DNA of 64,000 nt from Podarcis melisellensis. Its lineage: Eukaryota. Within the stretch, counting starts at the first letter, position 1. Each line of letters begins with the position of its first letter. The notes under the pieces were generated by a model. That model was not told the DNA's origin. It made no database searches and saw only the letters and a list, made by a program, of their open reading frames with translations. The translations under genes and the position numbers were made by a program. Shown piece after piece: positions 25,736 to 38,489 of the stretch. Location: assembly GCA_964234715.1 (NCBI GenBank), contig OZ174277.1. One strand, given 5' to 3'.

Positions 25736-26048
25736 AACTTGGGTGCATAGTTTATTTATTTATTTATTTTTATGTTTACATTTCTTACCCCACCTATTCT
25801 CCCAAGTCGCTCAAGGCGGCATGCACAATTATCACGGTTCCCGTTCTTTCTCTTGACAACCCTACGAGGTAGACTAGTCTGAGAGATAGTGACTGTCCCG
25901 AGGTCATCCCTCGGACTTGATGGACAAGTGGTGACTTGAACCCTGGTCTCCCAAGATCGCACCTGACGCTCTAACCAATACAGCGCACCGACTCTTTTAT
26001 CTACAGCAAACCACTTAACTGCTTACAGGAGCGTTGGTGTCAAGTTAG

Positions 26049-26306
<258 letters not shown>

Positions 26307-26647
26307 TAAAGGTAAAGGGACCCCTGACCATTAGGTCCGGTCGCGGACGACTCTGGGGTTGCGACGCTCATCTGGCTTCACTCGCCGAGGGAGCCGGCGT
26401 ACAGCTTCCAAGTCATGTGGCCAGTATGACTAAGCGAACCAGAGCAGTGCACGGAAACGCCGTTTACCTTCCCGCAGGAGCGGTACCTATTTATCTACTT
26501 GCACTTTGACGAGCTTTTGAACTGCTAGGTTGGCAGGAGCAGGGACCAAGCAACGGGAGCTCACCCCGTCACGGGGATTCGAACTGCCGACCTTCTGATC
26601 AGCAAGCCCTAGGCTCTGTGGTTTAACCCACAACTCCACCCATGTCC
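26307..26647 (-). mobile_element. Sauria SINE immediately downstream of exon 3
   Basis: Near full-length; TSD TGAGAAGGAG(A/T)TG at 26294-26306 and 26648-26660. Confidence 0.9.
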
Positions 26648-26795
26648 TGAGAAGGAGTTGAGTCGCCTTTAAATCATCGAGTTGGAAGGGACCTCAGGAA
26701 ATCATCTGGTCCAGCATTTTTTTAACCTTGCGTCCCCATATGTTGTTGTCTAACCTGGCTGCAGAAGAGGGAGCTGTAGTCCACGGCATCTTACT

Positions 26796-26866
26796 TACTT
26801 ACCTGGCAGGGGAGACACCTTGATCATGAAGGAGGTTTTCCCAGGGTGAGGCTCATCCATTGCACT
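26796..26866 (+). pseudogene. RNU1: 3'-truncated U1 snRNA retrocopy (about the first 72 nt), fused to an L2 3' end
   Basis: TACTTACCTGGCAGGGGAGACACCTTGATCATGAAGGAGGTTTTCCCAGGGTGAGGCTCATCCATTGCACT matches the U1 5' half. No Sm site, SL3, SL4 or 3' box. Confidence 0.9.
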
Positions 26867-29092
26867 AGCCACCCAGAGTGGCTGGGGAAACCCAGCCAGA
26901 TGGGCGCGGTATAAATTATTGTTATTTGTTATTTTAAGGGCCCAAGGTTGAAGAACTCTGATCTAGTCCCAGGAATCCTGCTATAGCGTCCCTGTCAGGG
27001 ATAGGCCACCCAGTCTCTGGCTAAGAACCTCTGGCAGAGAAGAGTCCAGGTTGTAAGCAACAGTGCATTACTCAACTAGTGTTCTTGCTCATATTTGATA
27101 ATTAAAACACTTATGTTCCTACAAGGACTTAGTTATATTTTTGGCAGCGGCTGAAAAGTAAGTGGTGGGAAACTGGTCTAGGATTAACATTATCCAGGTG
27201 GGCGATGAACATCTGGCCATTTACTTTAGCTGAAAAGTTACAGGAAGATTGAAGGCTATGGGAGGTATATATAAAAAAGAAGGCTTTGACACAATTTGGT
27301 TTGATTCCATAACAGATCTAGTCATACTTTTAATTCCTCCATCAACCCACGGTGACCTACACCGTGACTCTCTTAAGTTAGGCTACCAGATGTCACAGTG
27401 AACATGCTTACAACAGCAGTAGTATGGGCAGAAAGCCATTCAATAGAAATACTTACCCAAAGAAGGGAGTCCACCACGTTCCGAGACTTTCAGAACAGCC
27501 CGTACCCTTTCTGCTGTTAATCGAAATCCCCTTATGCCTACCAGGCAGCGGCTAGTTAGCCTGCGTGACACCCGGGAAGGTTTCTACAGGTAGAAACAGG
27601 ACTGATTCAGCTGTGAGTCATGCTGGTTTAAGCAGCTGCAGTGCTGAAAGGAAAGCAACTCCTGAGTCTGGGGAAGGCATCACGCTGCATGACAGTGCTA
27701 AGGAACACCACCGCAGTTATTCTCCCTTCAGGTGAGGGGAAGAGCCAGGAGATTCTGCCATCACGTTGCAGATTCAGCTGCAAGGAAGCCCAGCTCTCGT
27801 ACTTGGAATGAAGTCATGGAAAGGAAGTAGCTTTGCATATTGAGAAGTCAGGGTGTGGAGAGCATGAAGGACACAGATATTGGATATTGGCAAACCTGGG
27901 CACATCTGGCATATTTGTGTTGCCTTCACACAGTGTTAGAAACCCAGGTTTATACTCTAATTGCCAAATGGCACCTTAAACCCAGGTTATGGTTGCCACA
28001 ATGGAATGTCTGGGTTCCATTTTGCCCTGGTGAAGTTGATGATGATGATTATTCGTTTCATACCTATACTGCTTCATATTTTAAAGTAGCTTGCAACACA
28101 TTCAAACATCAAATAAAACAATACAGAGTAAAACAAATTCAAGCTTGAAGGAAATCTGAAGTAATCCATCTATGGAAGGTGGCTTTCCCCAAAGCATCAT
28201 AATTCGACATCTTCCAGTGTGAATTGGCCAGGTTTAATTTAGCATTGCCTCTCTACTGCCCTTCTTGCTTCAAACGCTTTGGGGTGCTTTTTTTTTTTTG
28301 CCTCTCCACACTGTGCAGATCTCTCTCACTACATTCCAGGACGTTGCGCTACGTTACAAATGGTGTGTCATGGGATTGCACTTCATGGAAGGATCACAAG
28401 ATCGTGTACCCAAAATATTTAGAGGAATTAAAAGACCTGAACTAGATACTCTGCTGCATCTCAAGTGTAATAAAGGAAAGCTTTGATTCCTTGGTTAAGT
28501 GCAGGAATAGGCTCTGGAGGAAGGATTTGAAGGATATGGAAGGAGGGAAGACTGCTCAAGGCGCAGGGAGTGGAATGGCAAAGACGGCCCCTTGGCTGGT
28601 TGCTGTTGAAAACAGTATTTTAGACTATGGAAGATAAATCTTTGGCCTGATCCAACAGAACACTTCTTATGTTAGTGGGGAAAAATGGGGGGGGGAATAG
28701 AAATATCCAAAGTACTTCACGCATGTTACCTCTGTAGTTGTTACAACAGCCTTGCGAGGTAGGTCATTGTCGTCGTAATACCATATTACAGGATTGGGAG
28801 GGGCTGGGGTTGGAGGGGGGAGCAGGTTGCTTGAGGTCCACCAGTGCTTCATAGCAAAGGTGCATTGAAAACTTGGACCTGCTGCTCATTCTTTCACTTA
28901 CTCCAGTCTCTCTCAGTGAGCATGCGCAGAGCAGAAGGACCATAAAGGGAGGCAAGAGAAAGGAGGCAAGAGAAAGGATAGCAATCCATCCCACTTCGAT
29001 GTCAGGTGCTCCAAGTACTTCTTCACACAAAGCATGGTGTGGAAGTCGCTCCTGCAGGATTAGACAAATTAATGGAGGGTAAGGCTATCAGC

Positions 29093-29450
29093 AGGGATGC
29101 GGGTGGCACTGTGGGTTAAACCACAGAGCCTAGGACCTGCGCATCAGAAGGTTGGCGGTTCGAATCCCCGCGACTGGGTGAGCTCCTGTTTCTCGGTCCC
29201 TGCTCCTGCCAACCTAGCAGTTCGAAAGCACGTCAAAGTGCGAGTAGATAAATAGGTACCACTCTGGCGGGAAGGTAAACGGCATTTCCATGCGCTGCTC
29301 TGGTTCGCCAGAAGCGGCTTAGTCATGCTGGTCACATGACCCGGAAGCTGTACGCTGGCTCCCTCAGCCAATAAAGCAAGATGAGCACCGCAACCCCAGA
29401 GTCAGTCACGACTGGACCTAATGGTCAGGGGTCCCTTTACCCTTTACTTT
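29093..29450 (+). mobile_element. Sauria SINE, full length
   Basis: 13-bp TSD TAAGGCTATCAGC. Confidence 0.92.
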
Positions 29451-29742
29451 TAAGGCTATCAGCGACTACTAGCCACAAAGACACTTGTTCCATCTCCACT
29501 GTTGAAGCCAGCGTGCCTCAGAATGCCAGTTTCTAGCATTCACCAATGAGGGCACTGCTTTTGCACTCAGGTCCCGCTTGTGGGTTTCATGTAAGCATCC
29601 GATTGGCTACTGTGAGAATAGGATGCTGGAGTAGGCGGGCCTTTTGCCAGCTGCCAGGCTCTTCCTTGGTCCTTAGGCTCAGCTGATGAGCTGCAGTGGA
29701 AAAAGAGGACTCCCCTTTTTTGCCCTCTCTCTCTCTCCTTAG

Positions 29743-29942
29743 ATGCACCTCCTCACGAAAGGGAAGAGCTCTTCATACAGAAGCTGCGACAATGCTGCGT
29801 CCTCTTTGACTTTGTCTCTGACCCGCTCAGTGACTTGAAGTTCAAAGAGGTGAAGCGAGCGGGCCTCAATGAGATGGTGGAATACATCACACACAACCGG
29901 GATGTTGTCACAGAGGCCATTTACCCCGAAGCTGTTATCATG
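29743..29942 (+). CDS. PPP2R5D: PPP2R5D exon 4 ([19 protein letters not shown]...YPEAVIM)
   Basis: Start of the B56 core domain; AG/GT boundaries; 200 nt. Confidence 0.98.
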
Positions 29943-30452
29943 GTAAGGGCCGAGCTTATGGCTGGGTGCTTCGGGCGACGACGTCTCTTAAACACTCCAA
30001 AGTCAAGAAATGCGTGTTCTGTACTTCCAGGCTGAAAGGGGTTAATAGTGTGAGAGGTTGTGGGTACCAAAATGTGCACGGGATGCAGGGTGGGATTCTG
30101 TACAAAGCTCGTCATTTCGATGGGTGTTATACAAAATGTGTTGGGTGCGTGGCCCTCCTAATAAAGCGGCACTGCGTTAAACTTGTGGTCATCATCTGAG
30201 GTCCTCCTTCTTTGTGTGCCTCCTTCATGAGAGGCCCTGAAGGTGGCAACATGCGAACAGGCCTTTTCTGCTGTGGCTCCCTGTTTATGGAATGCTCTCC
30301 CCAGGGAGGCTCGACTGGTGCCTTCACTACATATCTTTAGGCATCCGGCGAAAACATTTCTCTTCTCCCAGACCTTTGGCTAATTAAACAATCTTTGGAC
30401 CGTTTGAACTTTATGGGTGGTATTGTTTTGTTTGTTAACTATGTTATATATA

Positions 30453-30945
<493 letters not shown>

Positions 30946-31882
30946 TGAGTCCCTTCCCCTTGCACTCCCCTCCATGGAAGGTCAGAGCATGGCAACACGA
31001 GAAGCGGCCTTTTCAGTGGTGGCTCCCCTCTTGTGGAATGCTCTTCCTAGGGAGACACACCTGGCACCACCATAATTTACCTCGAGCTGCTAGACAAAAT
31101 CCTTTCCCCCCTTCTGCCCAGGCCTTTGACTTGTAATTATATGCGGCCTCCATCGGTGGGTGGGTTGCTTTAGTCCTGTCTTTTTACAATGCGAGCGAGT
31201 TTTAGATTTTTCAATTTTGTTTTTATTCTTGTTTTAATGTAGGTGTGGCTCACTTATTATGGTGGATCTGCTTGAGTTCCATTTGTAAAAAAAAAGGGGG
31301 GGAAGTGACTAACAAATTTAATAAATAATCGTAATTTAAATCTTGCTTTTCGCACATGATGGAACTCAAGGCTTCTAGCAAAGTTCCTAGTCGGTCTCCT
31401 ACGCAGGACAGATTACAGCCACTCACCTCTGCCCTCAGCTGCACCATATTCATTTACACCCTGCCCTGCTTGGTCTCTTTCTCGGGTCGACGGAGAACCA
31501 GTGACTAGCTTATATGTGAAATGAGCATCTACTTGGCATAAGCTCCTAGGATCTGAAAGAGGGAAGAGGAGAGAGTATGCTGATTTTTTTCGAGACAGAA
31601 GTTCCAAGTGGTTTTCCTCCACCGGACATCGTTGTTTTAAACATTTTGTGGCTAGGAGGTGGGGCCCATGGAGGTTACTGCCTCTGAGATGTCCTGGTCA
31701 CCTTGGCTTTTGCTAGGGCTGTAGCTCAGTACTGGAGCAATGTTTTGCATGCAAAAGGTCCCAGGCGGAATCCCCAGCAGGTGCAAATAAGTCTGTGGAA
31801 GACATTCGCCTGAAACTCTGGAGAGCAGCAGCCAACTGGTGCTGGGCTCGATGGACCTAGGTTTAGCATAAGGCAACTTCTT

Positions 31883-32774
31883 TTTTTTTAATAAATATTT
31901 TTATTGAACAAATCAAATTATAAATCAATATAACCAATTAAATTCCCCCCCTTTCTTCCCCTCCCTCCCTCTCCCACTCTCCAAAGATTTCCCTCAGCTC
32001 CCCTCTCTGATTTGTTTATACATGTTATTCTCTGCATGTTGTAAAATTGTACATATCATTGCCTTACCTATCATATGTTCTACTAATAAATTTGTGGATG
32101 TTTATTCAAACCTGCCAAGGAGTCCAAATCCTTTTGTTTGGTTTTTTTTGGATAGTTTGTAAAAAGTTCCCATTCTTCCTTGAAGTCACGGTTGTCCTTC
32201 TCACGTAGTTTACTTTGCCAACTCTGCATAGCTCATCCATTTTTCCTGCCATTGTTCTTTCATTGGGATTTCCTCATTCTTCCATCCTTGTGCTAACAAG
32301 ACTCTTGCCGCTGTTGTAGCATACATAAATAAGTTCTTTGTTTTTCTTGGCACGTCTTGTCCTAAAATCCCTAACAAAAATGCTTCTGTTTTTTTTTTAC
32401 AAATGTCATTTTGAACATTTTTTTCAATTTGTTATATATCATCTCCCAGTTTTTTTCAGCTTCTCTACATTCCCACCACATATGATACAAAGTACCTTCT
32501 TTTTCTTTACATTTCCAACATGTATTTGACCCGGTTTTGAACATTTTTGCCATTTTTACTGGTGTGATATACCATCTATACATCATTCTCATATAATTTT
32601 CTTTCAGAAGAGAACAGTCTGTAAATTTCAAGTTGACCTTCCACAGCTTTTCCCAGTCCTCAAATTGTATATTATGTCCTCTATCCTGTACCCATTTAAT
32701 AATAACTGATTTGATCTCCTCGTCTTTCGTTTCCCATTCTAACAGAATAATATATGCTTTCTTCAACAACAAGT
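31883..32774 (-). mobile_element. 5'-truncated L1-clade LINE (ORF2 C-terminal CCHC region + poly(A))
   Basis: ORF 32371-32814 contains RWYITP..CWKC...GTLYHMWWEC; AATAAA and poly(A) on the - strand near 31880-31905; 46-bp flanking direct repeat. Confidence 0.88.
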
Positions 32775-33393
32775 TGGTGCTGGGCTCGAAGGACCAAGGT
32801 TTAGCATAAGGCAACTTCTTAAGCTCCTATGCAGTATGTTGATGGGACTTGAAACACAATTATAGAGTTGGAAGGGACCACAAGGATCATTTAGTCCACC
32901 CCCCCTGCAATTTTGCCCAACAACAACCCTGAGATTAATAAGAGTCTCATCTTCTACCAACTGAGCTATCCCAGGAGCACATTTGCTTCCAAATAAACCT
33001 GCATGGGTCCCACTGTTGGTCCCTTTGTATTGCTGTGGAAGGGCCTCTCCAACCAGCATAATAATGTAGGTCTTTAATCACTGAATTAGGTTCCTGCTGA
33101 GATGAATTGTCTGCATTTCTGCAGTCTTCTTTCTCAGAGGTCCTGTGACATGACTGTTCTCCCGCTGGCAGGGAAAATAAAGATAAAAGCTTCCTTCAGA
33201 GACATCATTTTGGCTCCCCTTTCCTGTGCCAATCTGCTCTCGCATCTCTCTGATATTACATACTTCCTTTCTTTTTCTGTAGCTTTCGCAAGCCAGGGAG
33301 AATCTTTTCCCATTCTGTCTTGTCTCCCATTCTGTCATCTCCTTTATCATTTAGAAGGACTGTCAAGCTAAAGCCATTCAATTCTAAAAAAGA

Positions 33394-33450
33394 AAGGAAG
33401 GAAGGAAGGAAGGAAGGAAGGAAGGAAGGAAGGAAGGAAGGAAGGAAGGA
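33394..33450. repeat. (GGAA)n microsatellite
   Basis: Visible directly in the sequence. Confidence 0.95.
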
Positions 33451-33728
33451 TTCCTCTTTCCATTCTGGAAATTATTTTCAGTTTCTGCTACAATCTATTA
33501 ACTGGCATGCACGAGGCCACACCCAAACCCAATGGATAATCTGTTCAATTTTTATTGTTGTCAGTGGGCTTTAACTGTTCTTCAAATAGGTTTGACCATT
33601 TTTTGTGGTTTAACTGGCTGAAGGGGCACAACTTCTGCATCTCTGTATTTGCAGCAGGTACACAATACGAATAACCAGTCTTATACTTACAAATAATCCT
33701 TTTCCTGTTTTCTCCCCTCCCTTCTTAG

Positions 33729-33887
<159 letters not shown>

Positions 33888-34486
33888 TAAAAATGGCATG
33901 GGAGCCGCCGGTCGGGACAGGATAGAGAAGAGGTGGAGCCAACAGGTGACCTTGGGGAGGGATCCAGTTGGCTGGGCAATCTCTCCCCAGGTTGGGGGAA
34001 CCCATACTAAAAGCAAAACAGTGTAATAAAAACAGAAAATTGGTAATGGCAGGATCCAGTCTCATGGGTCAGGGGGGGGAAATGGAACAAAGAGATACGG
34101 TTGGTACCCAGTTCACTCATCCTGTTACCGCAAGGATTTATCTTTGTGCAGTGGAACTTACCTCCCCTGCACGCACACACACGCCCTGCGCCCTCCCCCA
34201 GAAATCTGCTCTGGAGGGTTGGGGGAGGAGCCCCTAGACCAGATTTACTGGGTGGGGTACACTGGCAGGAGAGGAGATAATCCTTGCACTGATGGAACAC
34301 TTGACTTTAATTCTGTGTTGATTTCCACTCTCAGTCCGCCATCTTGATTCAAAATGGCATCCAATTGCATCAAAGCCTAAGCAAAAAAAACCCCTGCTGG
34401 CTGATATCATCAACCATCGCACCAAATTTGGTTATGATACCCTTGGATGTGTCTGAATGCATAGTGAGCAAATACTTGATTGTGGG

Positions 34487-34487
<1 letters not shown>

Positions 34488-34518
<31 letters not shown>

Positions 34519-34551
34519 ATATATGTATGTACACACACACACACACACACG
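34488..34551. repeat. (GT)n-spacer-(AC)n compound microsatellite
   Basis: Visible directly in the sequence. Confidence 0.9.
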
Positions 34552-35124
34552 TTATATTATGTGATCACCTCTTGCTATATTACCTATGTATTAACAGATG
34601 CTCTTCTCCAAATTCCACCATTTCATGTGATATTGTATATGACAATACAGGAGAGAGCCTTCTCTGTAGTGGTGTCTCTGTCTAAGTCATACTTGGGGTA
34701 GAGCTATTGAAATGAAGAAGCGTGATTTAATGCCCATTTGTTTCAGCGGAGATATTCTCTGAGTATGAGTTTGATCTCCTTGAGTCTAGGGGCAGAGAAT
34801 CATTCTGGCTTCACGGGTCGGATCCTTATCAGGACCTGCCACGCCTGCAAAATTTGATAGTTTGGGGCAGAGCAATCAGCTGGCATCACAAATGACATTA
34901 GGGCATTTAGTGCTTTGAAATCCCAAAGTCAAGACTTCAAAGCACCAGCAGGCAGCAAAAGAAGCCCCGCCCCCTTTTGTCCCAGCAGCTATTTCACTGC
35001 AAACAGTTGCTGAAATGAAGAGAAAAGCATGGATGAAGCACCAGTGCCCCTCCTTTGCTCCAGCAGAAGGTGGGGTGGGGAGAATCTGTTAGTGCTGGAT
35101 TGGAGTGCCCAAGAGAGTGATTAA

Positions 35125-35271
<147 letters not shown>

Positions 35272-35558
35272 TAAATACTGGCAATATTTAATCTATTGTG
35301 AATGTTTGTGTGTGTGGAGGATTCAATCCTAATTTGAGCGGTTGCACTGCATTTTCTTGGAGTTTCATTAGTCCTCTTAACTCCAACAATTATTAGATAA
35401 ATAGATGGAAGACCTATGAGTGACCGAGAACAGGAGCAGGGAACCTGCAAACCTCCAGATGTTGTCGGATGACCCCTCCCAGCATCCTCAGTCATTGGCC
35501 GTGCTGGCTGGGGAGTTTCTGATTCACAAGGCTGCAGGGAAGTTTAGGTGTTATGGTA

Positions 35559-35864
35559 CCGTATTTTTCGCTCCATAAGGCGCACTGGAGCATAAGGCGC
35601 ACCTAGTTTTTAGAGGGGGAAATCAAGAAAAAAAATCTTACCCCCCTTGCTGTCTTGGCTTCCTCTTTAGCCGCGTGTAACCTCTCCAGCTGGGAACCTT
35701 TTCCATCCTGGAAAAAAGCCTGCAAGAGCCACGCGGAGCTTGTGTGCGGCTCTTGGGAGCTTTTCCTGCCTGCCTCCCCGCTCCATTTGCTCCATAAGAC
35801 GCACACACATTTCCCCTTACCTTTTAGGAGGGAATAAGTGTGTCTTATGGAGCAAAAAATACGG
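35559..35864. mobile_element. Tc2/Kanga-like MITE
   Basis: TIR CCGTATTTTTCGCTCCATAAG...CTTATGGAGCAAAAAATACGG after TA. Confidence 0.8.
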
Positions 35865-36206
35865 GAGCTGATGGCAGGATCAGGACAAGCATCTCAGGGC
35901 CCATTGCAAGGCCTCTCCTTCCCTATCGCTCCTCTTTGCCGCACCCTGTCTGCGCCATGCTTTCCCCCAGTCGTTGGAATTCCTTGTCCAGAAACATCCA
36001 GGCCTATTTGCCTTCCCCACTTTAGAAAGCAGAACACAGCGACTAAATCTATGCAGATGTGCTGCTTATGGCTACAGATTTCCTGCTCCCCTCCAGGGAC
36101 AGAACGTGGAGCATTTTGATTTTGGGGGTGGAGAGCGCTTGCCAAGCCTCTGTCCTCATGAAGTCAGCCTGTGTTTTCTGCTTGACACTTGCTTCTCTCT
36201 ACTTAG

Positions 36207-36266
36207 GTTTATCTATGAGACAGAACACCATAACGGAATTGCAGAACTGTTAGAGATTTTAGGGAG
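36207..36266 (+). CDS. PPP2R5D: PPP2R5D exon 8 ([20 protein letters not shown])
   Basis: 60 nt; donor GAG|GTAAGG. Confidence 0.98.
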
Positions 36267-36535
36267 GTAAGGGGTACACCTTTCTCTTTATTATTCCCTC
36301 CCTGTTCTGTAGGGGGCTCCTTGGTAGGAACAATAATAATATTTTTATTATTTATATGCCGCTCATCTGATAGGGTTAACCAGCCACTCTGGGCAGCTCC
36401 CAACAAAATATTAAAAATACAATAAAACATTAGCCATTAAAAACTTCCCTATGCAGGGCTGCCTTCGGATGTTTCTAAAAGTCATATGGTTAATTATCTC
36501 CTTGACATCTGATGGGAGGGTGTTCCACAGGGTGG

Positions 36536-37122
36536 AAGGGACGCGGGTGGTGCTACGGTCTAAACCACTGAGCCTCTTGGACATGCTGATGGGAAGGTTC
36601 GCGGTTCGAATCCCCGCAACGTTGCTCTGTCCCAGCTCCTGCCAACCTAGCAGTTTGAAAGCACACCAATGCAAGTACAGTGGTACCTCAGGTTACATAC
36701 GCTTCAGGTTACAGACTCCACTAACCCAGAAATAGTGCTTCAGGTTAAGAACTTTGCTTCAGGATGAGAACAGAAATCGCTCCGGTGGCGCAGCAGCAGC
36801 AGGAGGCCCCATTAGCTAAAGTGGTGCTTCAGGTTAAGAACGGACCTCCGGAACGAATTAAGTACTTAACCCGAGGTACCACTGTAGATAAATAGGTACA
36901 GCTGCAGCAGGAAGGTAAACAGCGTTTCCATGCACTCTGGCTCCTGTCACAGTGTTCCGTTGCACCAGAAGCAGTTTAGGCACGCTGGCCACATGACCCA
37001 GAAAGCTGCCTGTGGACAAATGGCAGCTGCCTCGGCCTGAAAAACGAGATGAGCACTGCAACCCCATAGTTGCCTTTGACTGGACTTAATCCTCCAGGGG
37101 TCCTTTACCTTTTTACCTTTTA
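36536..37122 (+). mobile_element. Sauria SINE containing a MITE
   Basis: TSD CCACAGGG(T/C)GG; (ACCTTT) tail. Confidence 0.85.
36678..36884. mobile_element. Tigger-like MITE nested in the Sauria SINE
   Basis: Inserted at the TA of GCAAG-TA-GATAAATAGG. Confidence 0.9.
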
Positions 37123-37998
37123 CCACAGGGCGGGTGCCACTGATGAGGAGGCCCTCTGCCCGGTTCCCTATAACTTCACTTCTCACAGTGGGGGAACTGC
37201 CAGAAGGCCCTCGGAGGTGGACCTCAGTGTCTGGGCTGGATGGTGTGGGTAGAGACACTCCTTCAGGTATACAGGGCCAAGGCTGGTTAGGGCTTTAAAG
37301 GTCAGCACCAGCACTTTGAATTGTGCTCGGAAATGTGCTAGAAGCCAATATGAATCCTTTTGGACAGGTGTTATATGGTCCCGGCAGCCGCTCCCAGTCA
37401 CCAGTCTAGCTGCCGCATTCTGGATTAGCTGTAGTTTCCAAGTCACCTTCAAAGGTAGCCCCACGTAGAGCATGTTGCAATAGTCCAAGTGGGAGATAAC
37501 CAGGACATGTACCACTCTGGTGAGACAATGCACAGCAGGTAGGGTCTCAGTTGGTGTACCAGATGGGGCTGGTAGACAGCCACCTTGGACACAGAATTAA
37601 CCTGTGCTGCTATGGTCAGCTGTCAGTCCAAAATGACCCACAGGCTGCTCACCTGGTCTTTTAGCGGCACAGTTACCCTATTCAGGACCAGGGAGTCCCC
37701 CACATCTGCCTGTGCCCCAGAGACAGTACTTCTGTCTTACTAGGATTCAGCCTCAATAGGTGATTGTTAGCTAGGCCGTCAAGTGAAATTTACACACACA
37801 CGCACACACATTTCTGCTTAAAGCATGATATGAACCCTGCAGCTGAGTCCCTGGGAGCATTGCAGATGTTTCCTGCAGGATATCCTGACGATGAGGCACA
37901 GCAGCAAGGCGGGGAGGCTGGGAACTGCTCTGTGCACATACAAACATGCACAGACAGTGTGAGTCTTGGATGTTTACTATTCTCTCCCTTCTCCTCAG

Positions 37999-38107
37999 TA
38001 TAATCAATGGATTTGCTTTGCCCCTGAAGGAAGAGCACAAGATGTTCCTCATCCGGGTCTTGCTGCCGTTGCACAAAGTGAAATCTCTGAGCGTCTACCA
38101 CCCCCAG
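37999..38107 (+). CDS. PPP2R5D: PPP2R5D exon 9 ([36 protein letters not shown])
   Basis: 109 nt; donor CAG|GTAAGA. Confidence 0.98.
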
Positions 38108-38489
38108 GTAAGAAGCACCTTCAGTCAACGTGTGTTGTGCTCGCTATAAAATGACAGGCAGGTTTAAGACCCGAAGAGGTGCCCTGCTGGATGACGTCAA
38201 AGGCCCATCTAGTCCAGCGTCCTATTCAGTAGCAGCACTCTCTCTACTTGGGTTCCCCAGCAGCTGGTATTGAGAGATTTTCTGTCTCTGAACCTGGGGT
38301 TGGCATACAGACATATCAATCATAGTGATAAACCCGTCAATTTGTAGTATTTTAAAATATATATATTTTAAAATACAATTGTACCCGGCCTTTCATCCAT
38401 CACGGAACCCACAGCGACACATACTTGTGATCTTCCATACAGTTAGTGACCCAACACGGGTCTGCTTAGCTTCTGCAAGGTGGCAGACA

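Larger units (their letters stand above)
36333..37760 (-). mobile_element. L2-clade LINE 3' part, interrupted by SINE + MITE
   Basis: ORF 37183-37533 reads LVISHLDYCN.LY.GLP....KLQLIQNAAARLVTG...DHITPV...FKVLVLTFKAL, which is L2-type. Confidence 0.9.

Noticed and set aside
26796-26866. Functional U1 snRNA gene
   Set aside because: Lacks the 3' half, Sm site and 3' box; fused to a LINE tail.
27316-27589. Possible poison cassette exon, and an MLTT.. ORF at 27404 resembling the B56-gamma start
   Set aside because: Weak acceptor. The MLTT ORF stops without a phase-1 donor, and the similarity is only three residues.
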